Assembly: GCA_036149055.1 (NCBI GenBank)
Contig: JAYZQJ010000213.1
Span: forward strand, 1 to 25,344
Direction: 5' to 3'
Origin: Myxococcota bacterium
Lineage (GTDB): Bacteria > Myxococcota_A > Polyangia > Polyangiales > Sandaracinaceae
Length of the DNA stretch: 25,344 nucleotides
Part shown: positions 15,269 through 24,305 of the stretch, in pieces
How the letters are laid out: each line of letters starts with the position of its first letter
How positions within the stretch are numbered: position 1 is the first letter of the stretch
Made by a program: the position numbers and the translations under genes
The notes under the pieces: generated by a model
What the model saw: only the letters and a program-made list of their open reading frames with translations
Told to the model about the DNA's origin: nothing
The model's database searches: none

Positions 15269-15979
15269 ATGGGCCGCGCCCTCGCTTCACTTCTCCTGCT
15301 CGCGGCGTCGTCCGCCTCCCCCGCCCACGCCCAGGCCACCTTCGACGCCCGGGCCGAATTCGCGCTCGCGACCCGCGCCTACGAGGAGGGGCGGTTCGAG
15401 GACGCGCTCGGCCACTTCGAGCGGTGCTACGAGATGACCGGCGAGCCCGACCTGCTCTACAACATCGCCACCGTGCAGGACCGCCTGCGGCAGGACGAGG
15501 CCGCGCTCGCGAGCTTCCGCGCCTACCTCGAGGCGAGGCCTCAGGCCGAGGATCGCGCCGCGGTGGAGGCCCGGATCCGGGCGCTCGAGGCGGCGCTGTC
15601 CCGCGCGCCCGAGCCGCCGACGGAGGAGGTCGCGCCGGTGACGCCGGAGCCGATCGCGCCGGCCGCGCCGGTCGCGCCCACGCCTCCGATCGCGGGGATC
15701 GCCCTGACCGCGGGCGGCGGGGCGGTGACGATCGCGGGCGCCGTCTTGCTCGGGGTCGCGCTCGCCGACATCGACGCGGTGATGAACGCCGACGACTGGC
15801 CGAGCGTGCGAGACGCGCACGAGCGGGCGCCGGTCCTCTCGGGGGTCGGCATCGCGGCGCTCGCGGTGGGCCTCGCGACGGCTGGCCTCGGGATCGCGCT
15901 CTGGGCCACGGCCGGCGGAGAGACCGACGTCGAGGTCGCGCTCGGGCCCGGGACGGTGACCGTGCGGGGGCGGCTCTGA
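15269..15979 (+). CDS. Exported tetratricopeptide repeat protein with C-terminal hydrophobic segments
   Basis: Signal peptide ending AHA-Q, TPR motifs (AYEEGRFEDALGHFERCY, LLYNIA...ALASFRAYL), Pro-rich linker, two Gly/Ala-rich hydrophobic helices and a terminal beta-hairpin-like ALGPGTVTVRGRL. Confidence 0.88.
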   Translation: MGRALASLLLLAASSASPAHAQATFDARAEFALATRAYEEGRFEDALGHFERCYEMTGEPDLLYNIATVQDRLRQDEAALASFRAYLEARPQAEDRAAVEARIRALEAALSRAPEPPTEEVAPVTPEPIAPAAPVAPTPPIAGIALTAGGGAVTIAGAVLLGVALADIDAVMNADDWPSVRDAHERAPVLSGVGIAALAVGLATAGLGIALWATAGGETDVEVALGPGTVTVRGRL

Positions 15980-17253
15980 TGCGCGCGCTCCTGCTGTCGG
16001 TCTTCGCGCTGAGCGCCTGCACCGCGACGCTGCCGGAGGGTCAGTACCGCTGCGACGAGGAGGGCGTGACCGACCAGTGCCCGGACGGCTGGCGCTGCGT
16101 GGCCGGGCGCTGCCGCTCGGTCGCCGGCGGCCTCGACGCGAGCACCGAGGACGCCGGCACGGAGGACGCGGGGGATGGCGATCGGGGCGACGCCGAGATC
16201 CCCGACGCGGGTCGCCCCGACGCCGGGCTCGGGCCGGTGGAGCGCGAGCCCGCGGCGATCGTGACGCCGGTGCCGTCGATGGCCGGCGATCGGTTCGGCG
16301 CTTCGATCTCGGTCCGTGGCCGGTCCATGGCCGTGGGGGCCCCGAGCCCCCGGGTTCCGCTCGAGGGCGGCCGGGTGTTCCTCTTCGGGCTCGAGGGCGG
16401 CTTCGCGCAGGTGGGGCTGCTCGAGCTCCCGACCTCGGTCGGCCGGGAGCGGCTCGGCGCCTCGGTGGCGGTGGGCGAGGGCATGGACGTGTTCGCCGGC
16501 GCCCCCGGCGCCGACGCCGTCTACCGGTTCATGAGGGCGCGCGCGATGGCGCTCACCCGCGAGGGCGGCGAGCTGGGCGCGAGCGTCGCCTTCGTCGGCC
16601 CGGGCGTCATCGCGGCCGGCGCGCCCACCCTCGACTCCGCCTCGATCCGCGACGGCAGCGTCTATCGCATCGGCTTCGACGGGGGCGACGATGCCATCGT
16701 CGACCGCGGCGGGGCGGCGCAGGCAGGCGAGCGCTTCGGATCCGCCCTCGCGGCGGACGAGGCGACCGGGCGGCTGGCGGCCACCGCGGCGCCGGAGGAG
16801 GACTCGGGCGCGCCGGGGTACGTCGTGCTGGACAGCCAAACCGCGGGCACCACGCTCCGGATCGAGCACGGCGGCGCCGGCTTCGGCCGCTCCGTCGCGC
16901 TGCTCGCCGACGACGTCGCGGTGGGCGCGGACGGCCGCGTGCATCTCTTCGACGCGGACACCGGAGCGGCGACCGGCGTGATCGAGGCGCCCGAGGCTGG
17001 GAGTGACTTCGGGGCCGCGGTCTGCGCGCGCGACGGCTGGCTGGTCGTGGGAGCGCCGGCCGCCGGCGCGGGCGCCGCGCACGTCTACCGGGTCGCCGAC
17101 CGCGCTCACGTGGCGCGCCTGCTCGCGCCGCCCGGCGTGAGCGAGCTCGGCGCGGCCTGCGCGGTCATCGGCGACATGGCCTACGTCGGCGCGCCCGGAT
17201 CGGACGACGGCGGACGGGTCGTCGTCTACGCGCTCGAGGAGGGCGGGCCGTAG
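15979..17253 (+). CDS. Lipoprotein with a Cys-rich N-terminal module and an FG-GAP (integrin alpha-like) beta-propeller
   Basis: ATG 15979 overlaps the upstream TGA. LSAC lipobox, C..C.DGWRCVAGRC module, DAG-rich linker and about seven FG/LG-x-S/A-V...GAP repeats. Confidence 0.9.
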   Translation: MRALLLSVFALSACTATLPEGQYRCDEEGVTDQCPDGWRCVAGRCRSVAGGLDASTEDAGTEDAGDGDRGDAEIPDAGRPDAGLGPVEREPAAIVTPVPSMAGDRFGASISVRGRSMAVGAPSPRVPLEGGRVFLFGLEGGFAQVGLLELPTSVGRERLGASVAVGEGMDVFAGAPGADAVYRFMRARAMALTREGGELGASVAFVGPGVIAAGAPTLDSASIRDGSVYRIGFDGGDDAIVDRGGAAQAGERFGSALAADEATGRLAATAAPEEDSGAPGYVVLDSQTAGTTLRIEHGGAGFGRSVALLADDVAVGADGRVHLFDADTGAATGVIEAPEAGSDFGAAVCARDGWLVVGAPAAGAGAAHVYRVADRAHVARLLAPPGVSELGAACAVIGDMAYVGAPGSDDGGRVVVYALEEGGP

Positions 17254-17257
17254 CCGG

Positions 17258-19144
17258 TCAGCGGAGGCCCAGGCGGCGGCTCAGGCGCTGGCCGGGGCGA
17301 ATGGTCACCCGGTAGGTCTGCTCGATGCCGGCCTCGCGGTTGACCAGACGCAGGGTGTGGGTGCCCGCGGGCAGCTCGACGTTGACCAGCGGGGTGGTGC
17401 CGAGGTCCCGCCCGCCGAGGAAGACGTGGGTCCAGGGCGTCGTCGCCAGGGTGAGGCGCCCGGGCTCCTCGGCCGCCTGCGCCGGAGGCGCCTCGCGCTG
17501 CGCCGCCTGCTCGGCCTCGCGCTCCCGGCGCTCGCGCTCGCGGCGCTGGCGACGCTCCCGGGCCGCGCGCTGACGGGCGAGCTGCTCGGCGCTCGGCTCC
17601 TCCTCCGCGTCGACCTCGGTCTCGACGTCGACGTCGCCCTCGGAGTCGGCGGCGAGCTCGACCGGCGGCACCTCCACCACCTCCACCACCTCCTGAGGCG
17701 TCTGCTCGACCTGAGCAGCCTCGACCGGGGCAGCCTCGACCGGGGCAGCCTCGACCGGGGCGCGCTCGCCTGGCGCCTCGACGGTCGTGTCGCTCTCGGG
17801 GAGCGACGCGACCGAATCGCCGTCGTCTCGCTGCCCGAGGGGGAGCAGCAGCGCGGCCACCGCGGCGAGCAGGATCACCAGCAGGATCAGGGCGGCCTTC
17901 CACATCCAGCCGCCGCCCTCCTGGCGCTGCGGGGCGCTGGTGGCCATCGGAGGCGGGGTCACGCTGACGTGATGCGGCGGCGGGGTCACGCTGATCGGCC
18001 CGGGCCCCGGCGTGGGGGTCGGCGTCGGCGTCATGCCCGACGCGCTGGCGTGGATGCCCGAGACCGACGAGGTGCCGACCATGCGCTCGATCGAGCTCGA
18101 AGTGACCCCGGCGTCCGAGCCCTTGAGGCACGCGGCGAGCGTGGTCTTGTGGGTGTCGATGACCTCGGCGAAGCGCTCCTTCATCAGGCGGGACACGTGC
18201 CGGCGACCGGGCGCCTTGGGCAGCATCTGGAGGTAGCGGTCGAGGTCGTCCTTCATCTCCTGCGCGGACTGGTAGCGCTCGTCCGGGTCGCGCTGGAGCG
18301 CGCGCATGCAGATGGTGTCGAGATCGGTCGGCAGGTCGGGCCGGAACGCCGACGGCAGCTTCACCTCACCCTGCAACGTCTCGTGCAGCGTGGCGAGCTC
18401 GTTCGCGCTCTTGAAGAGGCGCCGGCCGGTCAGCACCTCCCAGAGCACGACGCCCATCGACCAGAGATCGGAGCGCTGGTCGACCTCCTGCCCGAGCGCC
18501 TGCTCCGGCGCGATGTAGGCGTACTTGCCCTTGATGACGCCGGTCTTAGTCTCGACGACGTGGGTCGCCGCCTTGGCGATCCCGAAGTCGAGCAGCTTCA
18601 CCATGCCGTTGTAGGTGACGAAGATGTTCTGCGGGCTGATGTCGCGGTGCACGACGTTGAGCGGCGTGCCGTCGAAGTCGGTCAGCTCGTGGGCGTAGGC
18701 GAGCCCGTCGAGCGCGTCGGAGATCATGCGCGCGGCCAGCTCCACGCTGATGACCTCCTCCCGCTCGCCCGAGATGCGGAGCAGCCGCTCGAGGCCCTGA
18801 CCGTCGAGGTACTCCATCGCGATGAAGTGGTTGTCGTCCGACTCGCCGACCTCGTAGGTCTGCACGCAGTGCGGGTGGTTGAGGCGGGCCGCGAGCCGCG
18901 CCTCGTCGAGGAACATGTCGACGAAGCCGGGCTCCATCGCGAGGTGGCGGTGCAGGCGCTTGATGACGACGAGCTTGCGGAAGCCGCCCTTGCCCTCCGA
19001 GACCGCGAGGTTCACCTCGGCCATGCCCCCGTGACCGAGCTTGCCGATCAGGGTGTACTTGCCGAACACCTGCGGCGGCATCGCCGCCAGCGAGTAGGCG
19101 CGTGATGCCGTGCTCTCCGCGCTCCGCGCCCCGTTCGACTTCAT
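17258..19144 (-). CDS. Membrane-anchored Hanks-type Ser/Thr protein kinase with a C-terminal PEGA-like domain
   Basis: LGHGGMAEV, VVIK, HRDISPQN, DFGIAK, YIAPEQ, DLWSMG, a TM helix and LGTTPL...LPAGTHTLRL. Start is uncertain: GTG 19159, ATG 19144 (GGGGGA upstream) or ATG 19081. Confidence 0.95.
   Translation of the reverse strand: MKSNGARSAESTASRAYSLAAMPPQVFGKYTLIGKLGHGGMAEVNLAVSEGKGGFRKLVVIKRLHRHLAMEPGFVDMFLDEARLAARLNHPHCVQTYEVGESDDNHFIAMEYLDGQGLERLLRISGEREEVISVELAARMISDALDGLAYAHELTDFDGTPLNVVHRDISPQNIFVTYNGMVKLLDFGIAKAATHVVETKTGVIKGKYAYIAPEQALGQEVDQRSDLWSMGVVLWEVLTGRRLFKSANELATLHETLQGEVKLPSAFRPDLPTDLDTICMRALQRDPDERYQSAQEMKDDLDRYLQMLPKAPGRRHVSRLMKERFAEVIDTHKTTLAACLKGSDAGVTSSSIERMVGTSSVSGIHASASGMTPTPTPTPGPGPISVTPPPHHVSVTPPPMATSAPQRQEGGGWMWKAALILLVILLAAVAALLLPLGQRDDGDSVASLPESDTTVEAPGERAPVEAAPVEAAPVEAAQVEQTPQEVVEVVEVPPVELAADSEGDVDVETEVDAEEEPSAEQLARQRAARERRQRRERERREREAEQAAQREAPPAQAAEEPGRLTLATTPWTHVFLGGRDLGTTPLVNVELPAGTHTLRLVNREAGIEQTYRVTIRPGQRLSRRLGLR
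17715..17759. repeat. Coding minisatellite, 3 x 15 bp, in the kinase extracytoplasmic linker
   Basis: GCAGCCTCGACCGGG occurs three times in perfect tandem, encoding APVEA repeats on the minus strand. Confidence 0.85.
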
Positions 19145-19180
19145 TCGGTCCCCCGCCACCGGGAGGCCGGTGACGCCGTC

Positions 19181-19209
19181 AGTGTCTGATCGGCCTCCCC
19201 CGCTGTCAA
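19181..19209 (-). promoter_or_regulatory. Putative sigma70 promoter for the kinase gene
   Basis: Minus strand TTGACA (19209-19204), 17-nt spacer, then GACACT (19186-19181). Confidence 0.45.
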
Positions 19210-19255
19210 CGCGACCAGGGCGGACATCCGGTGGAAATCCATGGGGATAGAGCCG

Positions 19256-20626
19256 TCACTTCTTGGGGTGCAGGCCGTGTTTGCGGGCGAGCTTGTGGAG
19301 GTACTTCCGGTCCATGTCGGCGGCCCGCGCCGCGGCCGAGATGTTCCCGTCGGCCTGCTCGAGCAGCCAGGCGACGTAGCGCTGCTCGAAGAGGGCCTCC
19401 CACTCGCTCTTGGTGTCCCGGTAGCTCTTGCCGGGCTCGAACTGGGGCACCAGCCCGACCTCCTGGGTGCGGGTCGCGGGGGCGGCGCCGGCGAGGGGCA
19501 CCATCCCGAGAGTGACCTCGTCGTGTCCCGCGGCCCGGGACAGGTAGGCGGCGCGCTCGAGCACGTTGCGCAGCTCGCGGATGTTGCCGGGCCAGTCGTG
19601 GGCCCGCAGCGCGTCGAGGGTCTCGGGGGAGATCTGGGTGGGCGTCGCGCCGGTGGCGTCGGACTCGGCGATGCGCTCGAGCAGGGTGCGCACGAGCACC
19701 GGGATGTCGGGCAGCCGCTCGCGGAGGGGCGGCAGCTCGACGGGCACCACGGCCAGGCGGAAGTAGAGGTCCTCACGGAACTTGCCGCGTTCGACCTCCA
19801 TCTTGAGGTTTCGCTTGGACGCCGCGATCACCCGGATGTCGACCGCGATCGCCTGGTTGCCGCCGACCCGCCGGAAGGCTCGGGTCTCGAGCGCGCGGAG
19901 CAGCTTGGGCTGGAGGTCGAGGGGCAGCTCTCCGATCTCGTCGAGGAAGAGCGTGCCGCCGTCAGCCAGCTCGAACGCGCCCTGCCGGGTCGCGGTGGCC
20001 CCGGTGAAGGCCCCCTTCTCGTGCCCGAAGAGCTCGGACTCGATCAGCGAGCCGACCACCGCGCCGCAGTCGACGACGATGAACGGCCGGTCCTTGCGGG
20101 GGCTCTGGGCGTGAATGGAGCGGGCGAGCACGTCCTTGCCGGTGCCCGTCTCGCCGCCGATGAGCACGGTGGCGTCGGTCGGCCCGAGGCGCTCGAGCAG
20201 CCCGAAGACCTGACGCATCGGGACCGAGCGGCCGACGACCTCGCCGTAGCTCGAGGCGTCGGAGGGGAGGATCTCGACCCGCTCGTGGAACGGCCGGACC
20301 TTCAGCTCGACCTTACCGACGGTGATCACCGCGCCGGTCTTGAGCCACGCCTCCTTGATCTCGGCGCCGTCGAGCAGGGTGCCGTTGGTCGAGCCGAGAT
20401 CCCGGAGCAGGTAGCCGCGCTCGTCGCGCACGATCTCGCAGTGCGCCCGGGAGACCGTCTCGTCGGGCAGCACGAGGTCGTTGCCCTTCGACTTGCCGAT
20501 CCGGAAGAGGTCGCCCTCGATGATCTTCTCGCGGCCGCGGTCGTCGCCGCTGAGGATGACGAGCGCGCAGCGGGGCAGCTCGAGCACCCGGGGATCGCCG
20601 ACATGCGCGGTGCGCGGCTGGGTCAT
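19256..20626 (-). CDS. FHA-domain sigma54-dependent enhancer-binding protein (FHA-AAA+-HTH)
   Basis: FHA (IGK...VSRAHC...DLGSTNGT), Walker [49 protein letters not shown] and a Fis-type HTH ([14 protein letters not shown]). Confidence 0.97.
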   Translation of the reverse strand: MTQPRTAHVGDPRVLELPRCALVILSGDDRGREKIIEGDLFRIGKSKGNDLVLPDETVSRAHCEIVRDERGYLLRDLGSTNGTLLDGAEIKEAWLKTGAVITVGKVELKVRPFHERVEILPSDASSYGEVVGRSVPMRQVFGLLERLGPTDATVLIGGETGTGKDVLARSIHAQSPRKDRPFIVVDCGAVVGSLIESELFGHEKGAFTGATATRQGAFELADGGTLFLDEIGELPLDLQPKLLRALETRAFRRVGGNQAIAVDIRVIAASKRNLKMEVERGKFREDLYFRLAVVPVELPPLRERLPDIPVLVRTLLERIAESDATGATPTQISPETLDALRAHDWPGNIRELRNVLERAAYLSRAAGHDEVTLGMVPLAGAAPATRTQEVGLVPQFEPGKSYRDTKSEWEALFEQRYVAWLLEQADGNISAAARAADMDRKYLHKLARKHGLHPKK

Positions 20627-21012
20627 GATCCGCCCCCGAGCGCGATCCGGACGACGCCGTCCGAGGGCGCGCTCAGCCGTCCGCGCAGCTCCTCGCTGTC
20701 TCCCCCGCGTCGGACGAGCAGCACGCTGACCTCGTAGTCACCGGGGCTCAGCTCGACCGAGTCCCGGACCGATCGGGGCGCCCCCTGCGGGAAGTGCCGC
20801 TGGACGGTGCGCACCATCTCGTCCTCCTGCCAGTACTCGATGCGCGCCTCGGTCACCTGCGCGTGCCCCTCGCCCATCGGGAAATCCACCTCGACCTCGC
20901 GCGGGATCGCGCCGCCGACCTCGATGGCCACCGCCACCAGGAAGACGATGAGCGCGACGAACGCGAGGCGCTTCCGGTGCCTCTGGAACAGCGCTTTGAG
21001 CGTCTCGAACAT
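20623..21012 (-). CDS. Small membrane-anchored protein with a beta-rich domain
   Basis: ATG 21012 (alternative GTG 21057), basic N-terminus plus one TM helix, LSPGDYEV. The stop overlaps the EBP start (ATGA). Confidence 0.8.
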   Translation of the reverse strand: MFETLKALFQRHRKRLAFVALIVFLVAVAIEVGGAIPREVEVDFPMGEGHAQVTEARIEYWQEDEMVRTVQRHFPQGAPRSVRDSVELSPGDYEVSVLLVRRGGDSEELRGRLSAPSDGVVRIALGGGS

Positions 21013-21053
21013 TCGACGCCATGATAGCGCGAGGGGGCCACCGCCCCCACCGA

Positions 21054-21374
21054 TCACGCGTCCTTCTTGCCTTTGTCCCGCCGGCGGCGCTTCTTCGGCT
21101 TCGCGGCCCCGCTCGGGACCGGCGGCACGGTGGGCGCCTCCTCGCCCCCGAGGCCGGCCAGCAGCGCCTCCCGGACCCCCGACGCGTCGAGGTCGCCGGA
21201 GTCGCTCACCACGCAGCTGACGTAGGCGAGGTCCGCGAGCGCCCGCATCGCGCGCTGCCGCTCGGCGTCCTTGGGCGACGCGAGCAGCTCGGCGCCGCCG
21301 TTGCCGAGCAGCGCCTCCGCGAGCGTGTCGAAGATGTAGACGCGGTTCTCGATGGTCGAGCCCTTCTTGGCCAT
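21054..21374 (-). CDS. Hypothetical protein with a basic C-terminal tail
   Basis: 106-aa ORF with GC-rich third positions filling the gap, co-directional with downstream genes, ending KPKKRRRRDKGKKDA. Confidence 0.72.
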   Translation of the reverse strand: MAKKGSTIENRVYIFDTLAEALLGNGGAELLASPKDAERQRAMRALADLAYVSCVVSDSGDLDASGVREALLAGLGGEEAPTVPPVPSGAAKPKKRRRRDKGKKDA

Positions 21375-21469
21375 GGGGTCAGGGTGGCACGCCCGAGGGC
21401 GGCAGATCCAGAACGGGTGGGCTATGCTCCGCGCCGGCGGAGCCGGGCGTCCCTCGCCCGGCCTCGCAC

Positions 21470-24262
21470 ATGCCCTTGCCCGCGTCGACGCGGCCCTTCG
21501 AGCTTGGCGATCCAGTGAGCGAAGAGAAGCGCGCCCCCGAGGGCGAAACGAAGCCCTCCACCCCCCCGAAGCCGGACCGGCGCCACCTCGTCCGCGGCGG
21601 CGTGCTCACCTTCGTCGGCTTCTTCGCCACGTTCATGATGATGGCGAACGAGTCGCAGCTCCCCCACGGGCCGCTGTGGGGCATGCTGACGATGCTGATC
21701 GGCACCGCCGGGCTCTTCGACGTGCTCGGCCTCTGGCACGAGGGCGCCGAGGCGCGGACCTCGCTCCGCGAGACCTGGCTCTTCCCGCGGGAGGGCGAGC
21801 CGCTCTGGCGCAGCCCCCTGGTCGGCGCGCCGGTGGCCCTCGCGGTCCTGATCGTGGGCGCCCTCGTGGGCGGCTACGCCGGCCTGCCGGTGACGATCGT
21901 CGCCGCCCTGCTCTGCCTGCTGCCGGCCGCCCTCACCCGCCCCGGGCTGATGGTCTTCCTCGTCGCCGGCGGCCTCTACCTCCCGTTCCTCGGCGCCTAC
22001 GGCCTCTGGGATCCGTGGGAGACGCACTACGGCGAGGTCGCCCGCGAGATCCTGGCCCGCGACGACTGGATCAGCCTCTGGTGGGCCCAGGAGGACTGGT
22101 TCTGGTCCAAGCCGATCCTGATCTTCTGGTCGGAGGCGCTGTCGATGGGCGCGCTCGGCGTCGACTTCCACGCCGACGCCAACCCCGGCCACCCCGAGTG
22201 GGCGATCCGGCTCCCGCACTTCGTGCTCGCGACCGGCGCGCTCTACGCCATCTACGCGCTGATCTCGCGGCGCTTCTCCCGGCGCGCCGGGCTGGTCACC
22301 GCGACCGTCGTCGCGACGCTGCCGCACTTCTTCTTCCTCGCCCACCAGGCGATCACCGACATGCCCTTCGTCTCGAACATGACGATGGCGGTGTCGATGC
22401 TCGGCCTCGCGGTGACGACCGACCCGGACCGCGAGGTGAAGCGCTGGGGCCTCGGTCCCTTCACCTTCAGCCTCCGCCACCTCGTCATCGGGCTCATCAC
22501 CCTCGTGGTGGTGCCGCAGATCCTCTACCTGGTGAGCCGCAACGTCACCTGGATGGACAGCGGCGCGCCCTTCGGCTGGCACGGCGACCTGTTCATGAGC
22601 GGCTCGGCCGGCAACAACGGCGTGCCCGGCAACTCGCCGATCCACAACGTCGAGCCCCGCTACGACGGCTTCGCCGCCCAGCCGGTCTCGCAGGCGTTCC
22701 TGTGGCTGCTCGGCTACCTCGGCCTGCTGTGGCTGCTGCGCAAGGAGACCCGCGCGCAGTCGCTCTTCATGTTCGCGTTCTACTTCTTCTGTGGGCTCGC
22801 GTTCATGGCGAAGGGCATCCCGGGCTTCGCGCTCCCCGGGCTCGTGGCGCTCTTCTTCCTGGTCGGCACGCGCCGCTGGGAGCTGCTCCTGTCGGGTCGG
22901 CTCCGGGTCGGGGCCGGCATCCTCACGGTGATCACCGTCGGGCTGCCCTGGTACGTGGCGATGTACATCCGCCACGGTCAGCCCTTCACCGACCGGCTGC
23001 TGATCCACGACCACATCAACCGCCTGACCGCGGGCGTGCACGGCGACACCGGCTCGATCGAGTACTTCATCGAGCAGATGGGCTACGGGCTCTTCCCGTG
23101 GATCGCGCTGGCGCCCCTCGCCCTCGCGGCGTGGCTCGCGCCCTGGCGCGCCCAGACCGCGCCGGTCGAGAAGAAGCGGCGCGACGTGCTGATCCTGGTG
23201 GCCCTGTGGCTCGCGTCGGCGTTCACGCTCTTCAGCGCGATGACCACCAAGTTCCACCACTACATCTTCCCGGCGGTGCCCCCGGCCGGGATCCTGGTGG
23301 GCCTCGCGGTCGATCGGCTCCTCAGCCCCGCGCCCGAGAAGCCCGACTGGAAGCGCATCGGCGCCACCGCGCTCGCGCTGCTGGCCCCGCTGCCCGCGAT
23401 CGCGGGCGTGGGCGGCATGTGGGGCGGCCTCCGCGGCGTGGTCCCGGAGAGCGTGCCCGAGGCCGAGGTCGAGGGCTGGGTCACCGCCCAGGCCTGGTCG
23501 ACCGGCGAGAGCGTGATGGCGATCCTGGCCAGCGGGCTGCTCCTCACCGGCGCCTGGTGGCTGATGAAGAAGGGCGAGGCGCCGGCGGCGGAGAAGCGCC
23601 GCGACGCCTGGGCCCGCGGCGCGGTGACCACCGGCCTGCTCGCCGCGCCCCCGGTGCTCGCGCTGGTCGGCCGCGACCTGAGCTGGATCACCGACGCGCG
23701 CCCGCAGGGCTACGAGCGACTCATCCACCTCTTCGTCTACAACTACGGCCGCCCCTGGCCGGAGTACCTGGACTTCCGCCCGGCGCTCACCGGCTTCGCG
23801 ATCGTCGCGGTGTGCGCGGTGCTGCTCGCCGCGTTCAAGCCGCTGCGCGACGTGGCCACCCGCGCCTTCCTCGGCGTGGCCCTGCTCTTCGCGGTGTGGG
23901 CGCTCGACGTCTACATGATCGACCTGTCGCCGCACTGGGGTCAGCGCGAGCAGGTGAAGCGGTACTACGAGCTCCGCCAGCCCGGGGAGCCGCTCGTCGC
24001 CTGGCAGATGAACTGGAAGGGCGAGAACTTCTACACGGGCAACCGGGTGAGCGTCTTCGTCCAGCTCGACAACCAGGCGCTCCGCACCTGGGTGGGCCAG
24101 AACCAGGGCACGACCGCCTACTTCCTGCTCGAGCACTCCCGGCTCGCGAACCTCCGCTCGGTGCTCTCCGGGAGCACGATCGAAGAGATCACCGACGAGC
24201 GCTTCGACAACAAGTTCATCCTGATCCGGGTCCGCCTGGGTCAGCGCCCGACGCCGGACTGA
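21470..24262 (+). CDS. Polytopic GT-C fold glycosyltransferase (ArnT/PMT-like)
   Basis: LWDPWETHYGEVARE, SKPILIFW, AIRLP, AITDMPF, FMAKG, LPWY, LFPW and TKFHHYIFPAVP motifs with many TM helices. Alternative start GTG 21515. Confidence 0.93.
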   Translation: MPLPASTRPFELGDPVSEEKRAPEGETKPSTPPKPDRRHLVRGGVLTFVGFFATFMMMANESQLPHGPLWGMLTMLIGTAGLFDVLGLWHEGAEARTSLRETWLFPREGEPLWRSPLVGAPVALAVLIVGALVGGYAGLPVTIVAALLCLLPAALTRPGLMVFLVAGGLYLPFLGAYGLWDPWETHYGEVAREILARDDWISLWWAQEDWFWSKPILIFWSEALSMGALGVDFHADANPGHPEWAIRLPHFVLATGALYAIYALISRRFSRRAGLVTATVVATLPHFFFLAHQAITDMPFVSNMTMAVSMLGLAVTTDPDREVKRWGLGPFTFSLRHLVIGLITLVVVPQILYLVSRNVTWMDSGAPFGWHGDLFMSGSAGNNGVPGNSPIHNVEPRYDGFAAQPVSQAFLWLLGYLGLLWLLRKETRAQSLFMFAFYFFCGLAFMAKGIPGFALPGLVALFFLVGTRRWELLLSGRLRVGAGILTVITVGLPWYVAMYIRHGQPFTDRLLIHDHINRLTAGVHGDTGSIEYFIEQMGYGLFPWIALAPLALAAWLAPWRAQTAPVEKKRRDVLILVALWLASAFTLFSAMTTKFHHYIFPAVPPAGILVGLAVDRLLSPAPEKPDWKRIGATALALLAPLPAIAGVGGMWGGLRGVVPESVPEAEVEGWVTAQAWSTGESVMAILASGLLLTGAWWLMKKGEAPAAEKRRDAWARGAVTTGLLAAPPVLALVGRDLSWITDARPQGYERLIHLFVYNYGRPWPEYLDFRPALTGFAIVAVCAVLLAAFKPLRDVATRAFLGVALLFAVWALDVYMIDLSPHWGQREQVKRYYELRQPGEPLVAWQMNWKGENFYTGNRVSVFVQLDNQALRTWVGQNQGTTAYFLLEHSRLANLRSVLSGSTIEEITDERFDNKFILIRVRLGQRPTPD

Positions 24263-24305
24263 CCCCGCGCTGGCGGGGGACCCGCTCCGGGCCCAGATAG
24301 GGCTC

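Noticed and set aside
21385..21401. TGGCAC as a sigma54 -24 element upstream of the glycosyltransferase
   Set aside because: There is no TTGC at the -12 position.
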